A stretch of 64,000 nucleotides of DNA from an uncultured Gemmatimonadales bacterium (GTDB lineage: Bacteria > Gemmatimonadota > Gemmatimonadetes > Longimicrobiales > Gaopeijiaceae), in the NCBI GenBank assembly GCA_963823035.1, contig CAWGKG010000015.1, positions 54,379 through 118,378 of the forward strand, given 5' to 3'. Of this stretch, positions 63,260 through 64,000 are shown one piece after another; position 1 is the first letter of the stretch; each line of letters opens with the position of its first letter. The notes beneath the pieces are model-generated. The model did no database searches. It was not told where the DNA came from and saw nothing but the letters and a program-made list of their open reading frames with translations. The position numbers and the translations under genes are program-made.

Positions 63260-64000
63260 TCACTCGGACCTGAGGGCCTCCGTCGGGTCGACGCTCGCCG
63301 CGCGGCGGGCGGGAATCCACGAAGCCAGGCCCGCCACCAGCGTGAGCGCGAGCGCGGTCCCGGCGTACGTCAGCGGGTCCGTCGCGCTGACGCCGTAGAG
63401 CAGCGAGGCGAGCACGCGGCTCACGCCCCACGCACCTGCGAGCCCGATGGCCACGCCGACACCCGCGAGCACCATCCCCTGCCCGACCACGTCGCGCAGC
63501 ACCGCACCCGCCGGTGCACCGAGCGCCATGCGCACGCCGATCTCCTGCGTCCGCCGGCTCACGACGTAGGAGACGACGCCATAGATGCCCACCGTGCCCA
63601 GCACCATCGCGATCACGGCCGCGATCCCGAGCATCAGGACGGTAAAGGACGTCGAGGCCATCGCATCCTGTTGCATCCTCACGAGCGTGCGCGGATCGAC
63701 GAGCGGCAGCCGGGGATCCACCTCGCGCAGCGCCTCCCGCACCGCCGGCACGAAGCTCAGGGGCTCCGCACCCACGTACAACACCACGGCGAGCCCCCTC
63801 ACCCCACCCGGGTCGTCCGTCGCCACCCCTGATCAGCGGCATGTAGGCCATCGGCTCCGGGTCGCGATCCAGCCGCTCGAAGTGCACGTCGCGCGCGACG
63901 CCCACGATCTCCCACGACGGCTGCTCGCTCCCCTGCCCCTTCAAGCGCTGCCCGATCGCGGCCTCCCCCGGCCAGAGGGTACGCGCGAGCGTCTCGTTGA
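63260..64000 (-). CDS. FtsX/MacB-type ABC permease C-terminus (duplicated-orphan-permease-like; partial; frameshift ~63828)
   Basis: [45 protein letters not shown] and [16 protein letters not shown] motifs. Confidence 0.9.

Overview
A very GC-rich (roughly 70%+ by eye), gene-dense bacterial chromosome segment. The gene content (SusC/SusD pair, Oar-like TonB receptor, duplicated-orphan-type ABC permease, DUF3187 and DUF885 proteins) suggests Gemmatimonadota, which is my inference. I found about 57 CDSs and one tRNA-Ala(TGC), but no rRNA, CRISPR array, integrase, transposase or phage genes. About 20 genes are broken by single-base indels, mostly +1 insertions in G/C runs, which looks like unpolished long-read consensus rather than true pseudogenes. 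Main modules: a molybdopterin oxidoreductase with a fused 4Fe-4S/NrfD partner; tandem DUF3187 barrels; a PAS kinase with a receiver protein; DUF819-M20 peptidase-hrpB; a GMC oxidoreductase/ThDP enzyme operon; an L,D-transpeptidase with an M15 peptidase; a di-haem lipoprotein; a TetR-TolC-HlyD-ABC efflux operon; a ~22 kb uptake/catabolism cluster (two DUF885, TonB receptor, family-5 SBP, inverted susCD, dppBCDF, four oxidoreductases); an MhqO/MhqD-like pair with a perfect operator; and greA-attEFGH-like genes. The best candidates for something undescribed are (i) a stand-alone ~220 nt unit at 24715-24970 with a 14-nt perfect complement of the 16S rRNA 3' end in front of a 20-codon ORF, and (ii) the DUF885 pair, one copy of which has His in place of the catalytic Glu, heading the uptake cluster. 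Neither is proven from sequence alone, and all family names come from motif recognition, not database searches.
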